A stretch of DNA of 64,000 bases from Marsupella aquatica (taxonomy: Eukaryota; Plantae; Marchantiophyta): contig OZ316897.1 of the NCBI GenBank assembly GCA_973895155.1, forward strand, positions 20,674,260 to 20,738,259, written 5' to 3'. The position numbers were made by a program, and so were the translations under genes. This document shows, piece after piece, positions 24,465 to 40,798 of the stretch. Within the stretch, counting starts at the first letter, position 1. Each line of letters starts with the position of its first letter. The notes beneath the pieces are model-generated. The model was not told where the DNA came from. It did no database searches and saw only the letters and a program-made list of their open reading frames with translations.

Positions 24465-27400
24465 TTAGAATAATTCCTCAGAATTGAATTTGTTCGATGC
24501 TTCTTTGAGAAGATCAAAAACCTTCTCAGCAATGTACTTCTGCTGGACGGTGGCTCCCTTCTGCTGGACTTTGTCAGGATGTACATAGAGCGTAGCTTTT
24601 CTGTAAGTCTTCTTCACGGAAGCTGGATTGATGAGGTCAGTCAAGGAAACCGGGGTCCATCCACACTCAGGCCAAAGGACATACTGGAGAGTAGAAAGCA
24701 ATGCGCGCAAGTTCCCTTCCTTTCCTGCTGCCCATCTCTTTATCTCAGCATCCAAGACATCACCTGCACGCTGTTTCTCAGCCTGCTCGCGTTGTAATTC
24801 TAGATCACGCTGATTGATTTCGGCAATGGCCTTAGCTGCACGTTCACGTGTATGCGCCATCCGATCACTCTTCCCTCTTGAAACCTTCGCGTCTCCCCTC
24901 TGCAAATCATCGGAGCTGGGAGTTGCCCCAAAAATTGTAGTCCAATCATCCACGCTTGCCGCCGTGGTTGCAGTTGCACTAGTTGTTCTCCTAGGCTCCC
25001 CTCCAAATACATTGGATGAATTATTCATGGACGCGGGTCTCCTTGGCTCACTAGAAGAGGTCGATGAATGGCCAAAGAATGATTCCAAATCATTTTCGCT
25101 CTTGCGATGATTCTGCTGGGCTCTTTCTCTTTCTCTGTCTCTCTCTCTTGCAGCGGCAGCCTTCTCTGCAGCTGCTCTCTCAGCCCTTTCACGTGCTTCT
25201 GCCGCAGCCCTCTCGACCGCAGCCTTCTCTGCCGCGGCCCTTGCTGCTCTCTCCCGTGCTTCAGATTGAGCCCTCTCCACTGCAGCCCTCTCTGCAGCAG
25301 CCTTCTGTGCAGACCTTTCCCGTGCTTCAGCGGCAGCCCTCTCCACTGCAGCCTTCTCGGCAGAAGCCTTCTCGGCCCGTTCGCGTGCTTCAGCTTGAGC
25401 TTTCTCCACGGCAGCCCTTACTTCAGCTCTTTCACGGGCTTCCGCATTCGCTCTCTCCACTGCAGCACGCTCCACTCTCATCCGGGCTTGCGATGCAGCT
25501 TGCGACGCAGCTCTCTCCCTTGCCTCTCCGGTGACTCTGTCCACTGCACTCCGCTCAGCCTTTTCTCGTGCCTCCTGGGCAGCCCGCTCCCGAGCTTCAA
25601 GAGTAGCTATTCTCACTGCGGCTCTATCTTTCTCCCTTTCCTTCTCCCTCCGCAATCTCTCCTGCTCCCTGGCCTGCCTTGCCTCCCGCTCTTTCATCTC
25701 CTTCTCCCGAGCCTCCCTCTCCTTCTCCCTTGCCTCCTTTGCAGCTCTGGCTTCCTCGCGTTCTTGCTTCCTCCTCTCCCGTGCAGCTCTTGCATCCTCT
25801 CGCTCCTTCTCCTCGTCTAGGTTTGGTTGGATTTTGAAATCCATCCACCCAGGAACTGCCTCCTGATATGACGGAGGTGGTGCTGCTGCAGCACTGCTGC
25901 TGCCCCCCATTATGTCTACTCCTTCTGGAGTGGACGTCGAAGGGGCAGAGGATGGGAAGAATTCTGCGTCTCGGGTTGAATCCGACTTGTCCCTGAAACT
26001 AGATCCTGAGCCTGAGCCTTGGCCGGGCAATGGGGGTGGTCGGCGTGAAGGAGGGAAGAGAGAGGGCTGCGTCATCAGCTTCCAATCGTCGACGGTCAGC
26101 CAATCTCTCTTCAAGTCCTTCATTGATCTGTGGCTACTACCTTCATTAGATCGCCCCCGACCGCTACCTTCATGTGGCTCATCTGAAGTGGGCGAATCCC
26201 AGGCTGTTGGATTTTCCTCATCTGGCTTATCAGATGACCCTAAACCACCAGTGACACCAGCAGCAGCCGATTTGCCTGAGAACTCCGTGTGAGTTGGAAA
26301 GAATGGATCAGAATCGGGAGATGCGGCCGAGATGTCGTCCCCAGAAAATCCCTCTCGGGCAGACCCCATTTCATCAGGAGATCTGCTAGAGGCCCGACCG
26401 ATGCCATCCTCCGCAGGCTGCTGCTTTCTTGATGAAGAATCGTTACCAAAGAAACTCGAATTCGCTGGAGAATCGGGGAAGCTATCGAAAGAATCGTAGC
26501 GATCAACCTTAACACCGTTGCCCCGTGCAGCACTAGCACCGGTACCACGGGAACTGGTGTTAATGTGAGGCTCACTGAAAACACTGAATGGATCATCAAG
26601 GGTGGGAGAGGACCCACTCGGAATGCTGGACGAGGCTGGAGGCTCATCAGGACCGAGGGATCCAAGGAAGGAATCTTGTACAGAGGCGGAGGCTTTGGCT
26701 GCATCTCTATAGGATCGGGACTTGACACCTTCGGAGCTGCTGCCGAATCCCGGAATCAAGCCATCGTCCTCAAAGGCAGGCGAGGAAGAAGATGGAGGGG
26801 GAATGTTGCTGCTGGATGCAATAGGATCATCAAACAAAGGAACGAGAGGAGGATCTGATTGCTGCTGATGCCTATTGCTACTGCTGGAGCTCTTGTTCGA
26901 ATCGCCCCCCGAGTACGAACGAGACTTGCTAGTAGCGCTCTCGAATCCTGGAAGCAAGCTATCATCATCAAACGGAGTGGTGCTCTGAGTGGAGGAACCC
27001 AACCCACTCGTCGATGTCAAGGGATCTGCGAACGGATCCGTACTGTTCTGATGAGATGAGCCTTTTGCCTCGGTGGAGACCCGAGATTTGGGCAAGAAGC
27101 CAAATCCTGGAAGGAGGTCGTCATACGCCGGCTCAGAGGAGGCAAAATGATTTCGATCGGAACGCCGAGGGCTAGAATGGAAAGATCCCGATGTGGACTT
27201 GTTGACCTTGGTTGGGGTCGTTCCTCCTCCGGCTCCGAACCCGCCCAATAGATCATCATATACGGGAGCGCCCTGCGGAGCACCGCCAAAGACATCGTCA
27301 TACCGCGCTCCGGACTCAGAGCCACCAGAGCTCTTGGGAGGGCCTCCGAATACGTCGTCATATGCCGCAGGCGTGAAGAGATCGTCTCTCGATCCGTACG

Positions 27401-27659
27401 AAGTGCGACTCGACCTCGAACCCTCGTTGTTGTTGCTGAGGTTGTTCCTCCTCCCCGAGCCTAGACTAAAGGGATCGTCCTGTGTACTAAAGACTCCGGC
27501 ATTTGCACTCATTCTAGTCGAGGGCACTGACTTCCGCACTCCGCTGCCATAAGATCCTCCTCCACCGCCACTTCCACCGGACGAACCCGAGACCATCGGC
27601 GCGTTCTTCCCTGACTTGAATCCATAGTCCCTTTCCAAGATACTCGCAAAGTTTTCCAT
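24465..27659 (-). CDS. Auxilin-like (auxilin-related) J-domain clathrin-uncoating co-chaperone, 1064 aa, single coding exon
   Basis: N-terminus has RDYGFK..GK.APM, YDDVFGG repeats and DPF/DLL motifs, then WLTV...[12 protein letters not shown] and AVERAxAEARERA coiled-coil repeats. C-terminus has [26 protein letters not shown] and a J domain [12 protein letters not shown] ending in NKFNSEELF. Confidence 0.93.
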   Translation of the reverse strand: MENFASILERDYGFKSGKNAPMVSGSSGGSGGGGGSYGSGVRKSVPSTRMSANAGVFSTQDDPFSLGSGRRNNLSNNNEGSRSSRTSYGSRDDLFTPAAYDDVFGGPPKSSGGSESGARYDDVFGGAPQGAPVYDDLLGGFGAGGGTTPTKVNKSTSGSFHSSPRRSDRNHFASSEPAYDDLLPGFGFLPKSRVSTEAKGSSHQNSTDPFADPLTSTSGLGSSTQSTTPFDDDSLLPGFESATSKSRSYSGGDSNKSSSSSNRHQQQSDPPLVPLFDDPIASSSNIPPPSSSSPAFEDDGLIPGFGSSSEGVKSRSYRDAAKASASVQDSFLGSLGPDEPPASSSIPSGSSPTLDDPFSVFSEPHINTSSRGTGASAARGNGVKVDRYDSFDSFPDSPANSSFFGNDSSSRKQQPAEDGIGRASSRSPDEMGSAREGFSGDDISAASPDSDPFFPTHTEFSGKSAAAGVTGGLGSSDKPDEENPTAWDSPTSDEPHEGSGRGRSNEGSSHRSMKDLKRDWLTVDDWKLMTQPSLFPPSRRPPPLPGQGSGSGSSFRDKSDSTRDAEFFPSSAPSTSTPEGVDIMGGSSSAAAAPPPSYQEAVPGWMDFKIQPNLDEEKEREDARAARERRKQEREEARAAKEAREKEREAREKEMKEREARQAREQERLRREKEREKDRAAVRIATLEARERAAQEAREKAERSAVDRVTGEARERAASQAASQARMRVERAAVERANAEARERAEVRAAVEKAQAEARERAEKASAEKAAVERAAAEARERSAQKAAAERAAVERAQSEARERAARAAAEKAAVERAAAEARERAERAAAEKAAAARERDRERERAQQNHRKSENDLESFFGHSSTSSSEPRRPASMNNSSNVFGGEPRRTTSATATTAASVDDWTTIFGATPSSDDLQRGDAKVSRGKSDRMAHTRERAAKAIAEINQRDLELQREQAEKQRAGDVLDAEIKRWAAGKEGNLRALLSTLQYVLWPECGWTPVSLTDLINPASVKKTYRKATLYVHPDKVQQKGATVQQKYIAEKVFDLLKEASNKFNSEELF

Positions 27660-29600
27660 CTCCTGCTTCGCGAGGTCATGTACTAATAATCGACTATAAC
27701 CACGGGGCCACTAATGCTACTAACTAGAGACTAGATCTCACCAAATCTGCTTCTGTTTCTGAAGCAGCACCTTGTAGTTGTCCCAGATCGCACATGAGAT
27801 CGAAGACGCATGCCACTTCTGTGTCCTCTCCTCTTCATCAGCATCAGCATCATTTCCACATCATGCTATTTTGCTGTGTGGCCATCAATCAAGAAATGTG
27901 ACGAGAGTAAAGACCTATTACAAGCAAACTCGACCATTCCCTCCGAGAACACGTTTCCCTCTTCTTATTTCTCATGCACCGCCCGGTAGTGTACCGTATG
28001 TAGATTAGATTACAGACCCTCGCTGATAGTACACATGAATTCATTTCAAAACCAACGGGCTCAACATCAATGAAAAGGAATGGAGAAAAAGAGAGAGATT
28101 CAACTTCGCGAGGCTCAAAAGGAAATGAAAGGAGAGAAGAGAAGAGAGAGTAACTTCAGATGCAAGAAAAGAAACGACAGACACCGCGACAAATTGTGGC
28201 TAGCAGTCACCAATCTGAGCTGGAACCATTACGAGAATCATCACAAAGAGTCCCTCCTCTGCCCAGACCTAAAACACGTACCAGCTCAAAAAGTACATCT
28301 CAACTAACGAACGGTATCACCGTCAGTGCCGTAAGACAAGACCTGGACGAGGCTCACCTAAAAGAAGGAGACGACGATCGAAGACGATGACAACTCCATC
28401 ATTCCTGTTCTCCCCGTAGTTGATCGATCCGTTCATAAACCTGAGCCTGCTGACCCCCGGCACACTCCTCCCCTCCTCCAACATTCATTCATTCACTCAC
28501 AGACTCATTCACACACACTCAACCCCGTTCACTCGTTCATCCGTTCATTCAGCCGTCATCGACGCTCATCATCCGTCAAGCATACATTATTGGATCGGAT
28601 CTATCTCGCGTCTCCGTCCTCGCTGCTCCTCCACTTCCCTCCTCGTCCACCACCCCTGACGCTATCGCGCAAGTTTACGACAGTCTCGGTTCCCCAACAA
28701 AATCACGATCGCAAACTATTTCCTGCCTGATTCTCCAAAAGTCTGGCACCCGTACACTGTAGAAACCAACCGCGACCTCTTCAAGCCTAGAAACCAATCG
28801 TGACCACCTCTTTCCGTGTACAAAACCTGTCTGAGAAGAAATCAACCATACCTCTTTCCACCTCGTGTATCCGTTCCTCGCCCGGCCACAGCGACAAGGA
28901 GTCCAGATTGGAGAGCGGAGAGGGATGAATCGATTTGGGATGATCGCGTCACTCTTACAGAAGGCTGGTGGTGGTGCTCCTGCTGCTCCTCCGAGGTCGT
29001 CAAAGAGCCAGAAACGCGGATTCGTGACCCGATCGTCGCTCCCACCACCGCGATGCAAACTAGTCGAAGAGATTACTTGACCACCGGACGGATTGCGAGA
29101 GAAAGAGAAAGACGTGGAGGAGAACGAGGAGGAGGACGACGACGACGAAGAGGCCCGAAGAGGAAGAAAGTCGGTCGGTCAGTCTCGACGGACTGTCTGT
29201 GTCGCTCGTTACTCGTTACTACTTACTACTGTACAACAGACTTAAGTGGCCAAGCAGTAGTAGTGGCCCAGAATGGGGGAATTGGGGACCCCCAACCTCA
29301 CGTTTGTCTTGCGGTCTCCATGGAAGCGGCCCGACCCGACCCGACCCGACCCACCCCCCGCACGCCCCGCCGTTCCCGGCCCTGCCCACTCAAGCCAGAA
29401 CGTGCACCCTCATTAAAATCGGCGTCAGGCCCCAATTGTCTCCCCCAATTGTCTCCATTATGTTGGGAGGTCTCAAGGTGGGATTGCTGTATTTGGGGGT
29501 CTTCATGACTGTAGCTTGGCTATGATGTACGGCCCCGATTTTAGGTCCATGGTCCATGTCTTGCAACCTGCACCCGCCCCATAAGCTTTGTCCCATCCCA

Positions 29601-30269
29601 CCCCACCCCCTTAAAAGTATAGGGTAATGACGCTTGGTCTTGGGTTACTGGTCTGTAACCCTATGACCAGAAAATGAGAAAATACTGACCAGCGATAGCC
29701 GGGAAGTTTTTCTGAACTTCGTGGGAACAGGTTTCAGACACTAACCCCAACCCAAGCTATCATTATCATATGTAATACCTATCCGGAAAAAAAATTACCG
29801 GCAACATTTTTTGGGTATAGGGTTATGGAAATGGTGGCACTTAATAAAAAAGGTTACACACCGGTAACCTTGCTTCCTAAGAGGAATTACGGTGTGTTAG
29901 AGCATTTGCACCTGGCCAGCATAAAACGGGCGGCCAACAGTGAGTTAGATGGTTCAGCTAGGAAATCCATTTTCTAATTTCCCCACCTCAAAAAGTATAG
30001 GGTAATGAGAGCTTGGTATGGGGTTACTAGTCTGTAACCTGTGACCAAAAAGAGAGGAAATGCTGACCGATGACAATACGTCAGAAAGTTTTTCTGAGCT
30101 TTGTGAGAATAGGTTTCAAACAGTAACCCCAGCCCAGTCATTATCATATGTAATACTTGTCTGGAAAAAATTAGCGGGCAAGATTTTCTGGGCACAAGAT
30201 TATGGAATAGTGGCACCTGGTAGAAAAGGTTACACAACAATAACCTTTCTTCTTGACAAGAATTACGGT
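29601..30269. repeat. Two diverged copies, about 290 bp each, of one repeat
   Basis: Units at about 29601-29893 and 29981-30269 share AAAAGTATAGGGTAATGA, TCATTATCATATGTAATAC and AAAAGGTTACAC, and both end in GAATTACGGT. Confidence 0.8.
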
Positions 30270-31031
30270 TGAGCCAATGCCCTGGCCATGGCTAAATTTG
30301 CCCCTGCTGACCTATCCCTACCCTCCAGTTGCGGCTGTGACTTTGTTTGTCATTGGACTACCTTTCAGTATGGATGGTGAAATTGGAGGTAGGGCCATGG
30401 ATGCAACAACTAGCAGGAGGTGAGTTGTGCAATACATTTGTTGTACATTGTCAGTTTGAGACATAGGAAGATCTTGTATTGTAGAGACTCGGAATGACTC
30501 ACGAGCGAGTGCGATAAAGTTCTCACGAGTTCTCGTGAGCCTCCACTGAGATGAACCACGTAAGAGGTGTCTACCAGTTCTGTGTTGAATGTTCATGGGG
30601 TTGCCATTGTGGATGTTGTCTTTGCTCAACAGCCAAACCTCCCCAGACCATAGAGAAAGAGGTGTATGAAATTAAAATTTATGTGCCACCTGGGAAATTT
30701 GACAGCCCACCCAAAATCCCCCCAAGCTGACCTTCATGCTTAAAATAGTGTGCTCATACTTTCAAATTGATCTTTATTGTGTGCAAATCAAGTCACTTCT
30801 ATTGTCGATCCAAATGGAGGTCTGAAAGGCAGGTTGGTTTGGGTACCACCACTCTTGCTAAAACTGACGGTCACCAACTTGGATTTAGCCATTTGCAAAC
30901 ATATGATTTAGCCATCCCCAAACATTTGCAAATACATGGTACTAGTGGGGATGTGATAGTCAAATTTTCTGTTCATTTGGTTTGTTTGGCAATCAATCTA
31001 GAGGCCAAAATGGAGCGCCAGTGAAGATTCT

Positions 31032-31287
31032 CTTAAACTGCCACTAGCCATATAAAAGAGTGAAGTTTCCAATACTTCTCCCGTTTTCACATTACACTCT
31101 TTCTTCTTCTCTACCATGCCCTTTTGCTCCACAATTTGAGAAAAAAGGGTACCATTTTGCTCCACAATATAAGGAAAAGGGTACTAATGGTGAGACATGC
31201 CATTTTGCTCCAGAATTTGAGAAAATGATAGTATTTATGGTGAAACCTGGTAGATGCAAGTTTTGTTAGGGCTAGTGGTGGTTTAAG
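31032..31287. mobile_element. Candidate MITE
   Basis: CTTAAACTGCCACTAGCC (31032-31049) and GGCTAGTGGTGGTTTAAG (31270-31287) are inverted with 2 mismatches. Three internal TTTTGCTCCA(C/G)AAT repeats. Confidence 0.5.
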
Positions 31288-34200
31288 TGTGTAAAGCTGG
31301 AGTCAGGCCCTGGAAATGCAAGATTAAGATTGTAAACCCCAATCTCCCAGGGCAAGAGACAAGATAGCTGCTATGTTCAGGGATGAGCATGCTATTTAAT
31401 AGTATATATATTCTCAGTTGTCCCTATCTTCAGGATGACCCTTGTAATGGGATTCAAGGGTGCATGTCACCTGCTAAATTCCTTGATAACGCTGAGCCTC
31501 AAGGGCCAGATACCTCTCATTTTCTTAATGAATTTGACATCCAAAGTCAGACCCAATACCTCCAATACTTTTGGCCAACCTTTACTAACGGACCATGGCT
31601 GTATAGGGATCTGTGTATCCACGAAAGTACTGTACAAGTAAATGTGAAAAATCCATTTGAATAGTATGCAGATTTAGACGAAATACTTTTAAAATGGTGA
31701 ATCCCACCAAAAATCAAATGCAAGTTACATGCAAGGGAAATCCCACGACCATAAGGTTTGACAATGAGCTCAGATGGGCTAAAACATGACTTTTCACTTA
31801 GACAACGCATCTTGGCATATAGGCTCACATTTGTGGGTTTCAAAATGCTTAGTCAATCATACGCGTGAGCCCTAGGGTCAAACGTTGTAGTCAATCTGAG
31901 AATCAAGTTCTACATGTAAGAGACAAATAAATAAATCTAACAATGCTCTAAAAACAGGGAAATGATAAATTCACCTCACAAATTTAAGCTCCTCAACTCG
32001 CATCGCGTGACTAGATGCTGGATGGACCATCCATCGAACCATCTTAGAACACTTCTAAATTTGAATAACAAAATAAATTAATTAAAATGTATTCACTTTT
32101 CGGGTCTAGTGTCCCTAGGGCAACTTAATCCTAGCAGTGCCTGCAAGGTATCCACGTTGCATTTTAGGTATCAAACACAAACGAACCTACTTAATATAGC
32201 ACTAAAAGGATGGTTCCTGTCTGCACCATCCCATAATAATGCTCTTTCCTTGTTTATGACATATTATATTATATCAGTATCATTATAATGACAATAAAAC
32301 GAATGTAATGCTCTTCTTCGATTTATTTACTTCATTCATAATTTCAGAACGGTTTTAATTCAAAAGGTAACTTAGGTGACCATATCTAACTGCTAAATAG
32401 CTAAACCAGAACCTACAGTAGAGTTGGGGTCTACTGTAGGCTTCTAGATTAAAATCTCTAGACTAAACCCCTATGGCCCCACCAATTGATTTCCATGGAA
32501 AAAGGATGAGATACTATATATCTACAAAATTTGTCATCATGTTTATTCACATTCAAAAAATGGGCATTCAAGCTAGTAATCACAAAGCCCGGATGAACCC
32601 AGGGGTTTGCTGTGAACACCAGATCAATTCCTAAGTTGGGATGGATTGACATAGAATGTCCAAAATACTCACATAGCAACTTTTACAGTATTGATTAACA
32701 TGCAACTTGTAAACTCCCTCCTTACTGTGTGTAGTAGGTTTCACTTAGTTACTCGTTATGAAGTCATTGCTCATGCCCCAAACTGCTTAGTGTATCATCC
32801 ACAAAAGTGAAAAGTCAAAATTTCTCAAAAGTGGTAATTAGTTGCTCATGTCCAAACCAAAGGAAATTATTGTCAATGGTGAACTGTCCGTTGGATTTTG
32901 GTTGAAAATATTTTATTGTCTTCCCGCACTCATTGGAAAAGGGGCGAATGCTCTCAGAGAAATCTCAAAATTTTCCACGAGTAATAGACTGGACATCATA
33001 GAACATGCTGACAAAATTTTAGTTTCTACTAGATCCAAAAGTTATCCAAATAAATACACAAGCCTACCAAAAGCCAAGAGTCTAGAGCTACATCACAAAA
33101 ATCATTTGGTTATTTTGATGTTTATTTAATGCAGAACAGAATAGGTCCATCTCTGCTTTGATTTGTAGTTGGCCAAGTCCAATTTCTTTGTAGTAACTGT
33201 TTTTGGTCTATGACTATAGGTAGATTCTCTTCCAGGGGCTTCCCCTTGTGGAGTTTGGCCCTCTTGTTTTGCCTTGTCTTGCTTGTGACCCCCATTTGTT
33301 GGCTTCACAGGGGTTAAATGTCAGAATAAAAAATGAGGTCATGAGTCAAGATCACAAACTTTAAGATATTATATTTTAGAAATATAAGCTGTCTACCCTA
33401 AACAGTGTTCATTGCAGCAACGCCACAAATGAGGTTCAGGCTTCAAGCACCACTAGGGTTTCTCATATATAAAAAAAAAAACTGGCACCTCATGGGGCAC
33501 TTAGGAGGACCCTAAGAGGGTACAACTGGGCAAGTTATGTTTTTGGGTACTGAAAAATGAGTGGGGTCGCGGCATAATGTATGCTATTGTGTTTCCTGCA
33601 AAACCAGGGCCTCTTACGGTTCCAGGCCTGACTAGTCGGGCCTCACAATCAGTGCCCGACCAGTCATGACCTTTGTCCTGAACAATAACAGTCCCGGGCG
33701 CAATCAAAGCAGAAAAATGGGGCATATTCTATCCACAATATTTCACCATTATAAGAGTTCTTCCGTGAAATTGTGGAGAAGAGTAGGCTAGCATAGTGAG
33801 AGGAGTGTCTACAATGTGAAAGGGGGGAAGTTTTGTACAATTCTCCCTTTACATAGGTTAGTGGAGGTTTCATGAGCCTACCAGCTATGGCACGAATTCC
33901 CATTCCAGAGTGGGATTCTCAGGTTTAGGTTTTGGCAGTTGTTCGTGAGGACGAGAGTGCTGATTCGAAAGCTGTAGGTCCTGTCTTGCACTCAGGCCGG
34001 ACCATGCGCAGCCAAAAGGCCGAATTCGAACGAGCTTGCCCAAAAGGACATTCACGTTCTTATTGCTCCATCATTCTGCGAATTGGCACAGTAGAACCGT
34101 CGTGTTCAGTAGACAAAACTAGAGTTTCGGTGAACTTGGACCAATTGCTTGCTTCCTAAATGGATACTGTACACGTTTGCCCTTTCTAGCATGTGATTGT

Positions 34201-34582
34201 TGTTTGGCGCGAACTGTTCCCGCTTTAGATGAACTTTTTCATTGCGTTCTGCATTCGCAGGAACATTGTTTGATCTCTGTTTATGCAGCACCGTCTGTGA
34301 CACTGCACAACTCGCAAGGTAATGTTTCCTTTGGTTTGCGGCACCGTCTGTCACACTGCAGCCTCGTTGATTTTGTTCAGGTTGGTTGGTCTGAGTGTTC
34401 TCAGCATCTTAATATCGTCACTTCTGGAAGGTTTGGCGGTAGAATGAGAGTCCTCCAACATTTTGGCTGTGCTGATTCCCGGAGCTGGCTCTCGCAAATT
34501 GTTTTTCCCTGTATTGATGTAAGTGGTCAGAGCTTTTGGAGAGTGGCTCATGGTTTTTACGGTGTGTCAATGTTTGCAGAAC

Positions 34583-35875
34583 ATGAGGGATGATAGCGTG
34601 TGGAGTCAGCTCTCGGCTGAGCTGTTGTAGCGAGTTCTGTCCTTCTTGCCGGTGCCTGTCCTTTGCAGATTTCGCATCGTCTGCAAGATGTGGAATTCGC
34701 TCATATGCTTGCCAGCATTTGGCAAAATGTGTATCCAAAACGCGAGTGAAGGTGCGAATCCAGGAGCATTCTTTGTTCTTGATGTTCACCGTCCAACCGC
34801 TACTGTGTTACCCATTAACGGTGTGAGCATGGTCGACCTAAATGCAAAGCGGTGGTACAATTTGCATCAATTACCTGCGGGACTTGACTATACTGTGCCG
34901 ACTATGGATGGAGGTTTGGTTTGCAAATGGGTAAACCCATTGACAATGGAACAACGTCGAGAGTCGATGTCGATGCGCCTATTGAGACAAACACTGCGTC
35001 AGACACTTATTGTTTGCAACCTTTGTGGTGGATCACTGAAAGTACTCCCAGCTCCACCTCTGCATGACATCGATATTCAAACGATGAAGTTACAACTGGT
35101 TGTGATGTCGAACACTTACAAGATTTTCCTTTCAAACCTGAGGAGTCCTGTTGACTCAGCCAGAGCACGTCGGACAATGACTCGTGTTGGCTCACTCAGA
35201 GAACCTTGGATGTGTGTTTATGAGTCTTCAGCTAATCGATGGCGAATTTTGTCAAGTCCACCAACACCACGGAACGAATTGGATCTTCATGTACGCAGTG
35301 TCATGTTTCAAGGTTTATATGTTCTACTTTACAGCTCAGCTGGTTCCGTCGATCGGCTCTACAGTTACAATTACCTGAAGGATGCGTGGGAAGACACGCG
35401 CGTGCAATTTTCGCAGGGGGAGGTTAGCTCACATTGGTCCTTTGATCTGGTGGTGAGCGACAACCGCTTGTTTCTAGTGGCCCGACAGTCGGTACTAGAC
35501 GAACCGTTGTCAGAGGTCATAATGACTCGACTTGGGTGGAATGATTCGGCAGTGGACATAAGTGAGATTCTGCTTGCAGAAAAAGTGTGCAGGACTGTGG
35601 TTCAGATGGGATATGCAGAAGTGCGTAGAAATGTTGGCACTGACTCGGCCCAAGCGGACCCTGATTTGTTGACATTGCGGGCATTCGGCTGTGATAAATC
35701 CATTTTGCTGATGTGCTTAGAAACCGGGAAGATTATGCTGTATGATTTGGTGGCAGGGGCATGGGAATCATTGCACCAGAACCCAGCGGATCTACCATCT
35801 AGTGGTCAGCCCGGACTAATCTGTAGACTTGGCATGCCGATGAGTTACCTTCGTCTGGGCACCACACCCTGGTAA
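34583..35875 (+). pseudogene. F-box protein with beta-propeller/FBA-like C-terminus and a nonsense codon in the F-box
   Basis: ATG at 34583 follows a TTTGCAG acceptor and reads MRDDSVWSQLSAELL*RVLSFLPVPVLCRFRIVCKMWN, with TAG at 34628-34630. The frame then stays open to 35875 (DGGLVC, LIVCNL, VYESSANRWR, YNYLKDAWE, YDLVAGAWE). Confidence 0.82.
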
Positions 35876-36007
35876 GAAAATTGTTATCATATTTCTACTT
35901 TGCTCGAAGCAGACCACTCTCGTCGATGGGCTTGCTACAGACCTTCAAGACATGTGGTTCTTACATGATGTTTGCACTGGTGACCTTCCCTCCTGTCAAT
36001 AGAGAAT

Positions 36008-36330
36008 TCCATTCAATCTGTTCGTGAGAATTCAAAGTAGGTGACAAGCAAACGGTTGTAGAGTTTGATGGATTTCATTCAGTTTGTTGGTGAGAATTCA
36101 AAGTACTCGACAAGCAAACAGATGTAGAGTCTGATGGATTTCATTCAGTTTGCTGGTGAGAATTCAAAGTACGTGACAAGAATTAAGCATGTGACGGATA
36201 AAGAGTCTAATGGATTTGATTTCAGTATGTTCGTGGGAACTCGAAGTAGGTGACAAGAATTAAGATAAGTGACCAGATAATGGATACAGAGTCGAACGGA
36301 TTTCATTCAGTTTGATCGTGAGAATTCGAA
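36008..36330. repeat. Minisatellite, about 4.5 units of 66-85 bp, downstream of the F-box gene
   Basis: GAGAATTC(A/G)AA-type anchors at about 36026, 36092, 36158, 36235 and 36320, with recurring GGATTTCATTCAGTTTG. Confidence 0.85.
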
Positions 36331-37498
36331 CTCGGTGCTACTGTTACAATCACCATAGAAGCTTTTCTTACTGGTGCTGCTTGTTCTTGAGAATTTAAAG
36401 CGAAAGGCTAGTTGTCTTATGGTGTAGATTCGCGGACAACGCTACAATGAACACAAGGATCCGGTGGGGTTTCTCCTTGGATTATTCCAGACTAAAGGCA
36501 GAACATTATGTTGGTCTGAGCTTTTCTACATCGTCAAACAGCTTCTTCGGAAACTTCTTATGTTAGGACCTCCGAATGATCTGTCGACTCCAGTACGAAA
36601 AGTTGATCAGACGCCGCTCCAATTTATAATGATCCGACTGTCTGAGTGGCTGGGCGAGGAGGTTCATAACATGGAGAGAATATCGTTCGATGATCATCAT
36701 TCGTCTTTGTCCAAAGAGAACCTGATTTAAGGATACTTCGGTTGAGGGTCCACATCCGTGGGCAAACGTACCTTTTACCTCCCACTCTTAAAACAGAAAT
36801 TGGCACAGACGTTGTCAACAGGAACAGAACAGGAGTGACACCCTGCTCCAAATATGCATTCAAATGGAAGAATTTGTCCGGCATCGGCATGCACATCATT
36901 CCGGACGAGGTTACTGACATTTCTCCAGTCACTCGCAACCCGAGTGAAGTAAGCTGGTGATGATTTGGAACACGGCAAGCTCAACTATCTTGCACGGGTT
37001 TGGCCGCGTCCTAGACGGGAAAGAGTAATCTGTCGGCCACTCAAACATGGCAAAGAGAATAACTCCATCCCTATCTATCGATGGCGGATTACACGGGGTA
37101 GAGCTCTTGAGTTGAACACGAATAGCGCACGAAGGGGAAAACGAGCAGATAGTCAAAATTGTCTCTCAAGTAGTTCCACTGATATTTGACCTTTTCAGCT
37201 GTCTAGCTACAGGTTCAGTGAGCGTTTAACGAAGACATGGGATGCCTTTCAAAAATCTTCGTGAGGTCCTGACGCTGCAAGGTCTGCAACTTTCATTCAC
37301 AAAAATATGGACAAACATCTGCGTGCAGCAAAACACAATTACCGATAAAATGAGCCGGTTCTATTTGTGGAGATGCAAATAGTCCGACAGGACTTGAATC
37401 TACTAACACTGTGAACTTGCTCCATATGTACATTAGCTAAGTTGAACTTGGCTTGTCAAAACATGGAAATCTGGGGGCATTTTTAGATTGCCATCTCA

Positions 37499-40798
<3,300 letters not shown>

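Noticed and set aside
25064-25866. Several plus-strand ORFs of 111-237 aa
   Set aside because: Antisense to the repetitive Ala/Glu/Arg coiled coil of the auxilin-like gene.
28816-29508. 230-aa plus-strand ORF
   Set aside because: GC-rich low-complexity promoter/5' UTR region of the auxilin-like gene, GTG start, no recognisable domain.
32405-32450. Helitron 3' end (hairpin CCTACAGTAGA/TCTACTGTAGG followed by CTAG)
   Set aside because: The hairpin-to-CTAG spacing is too short, the next base is A rather than T, and no 5' TC end was identified.
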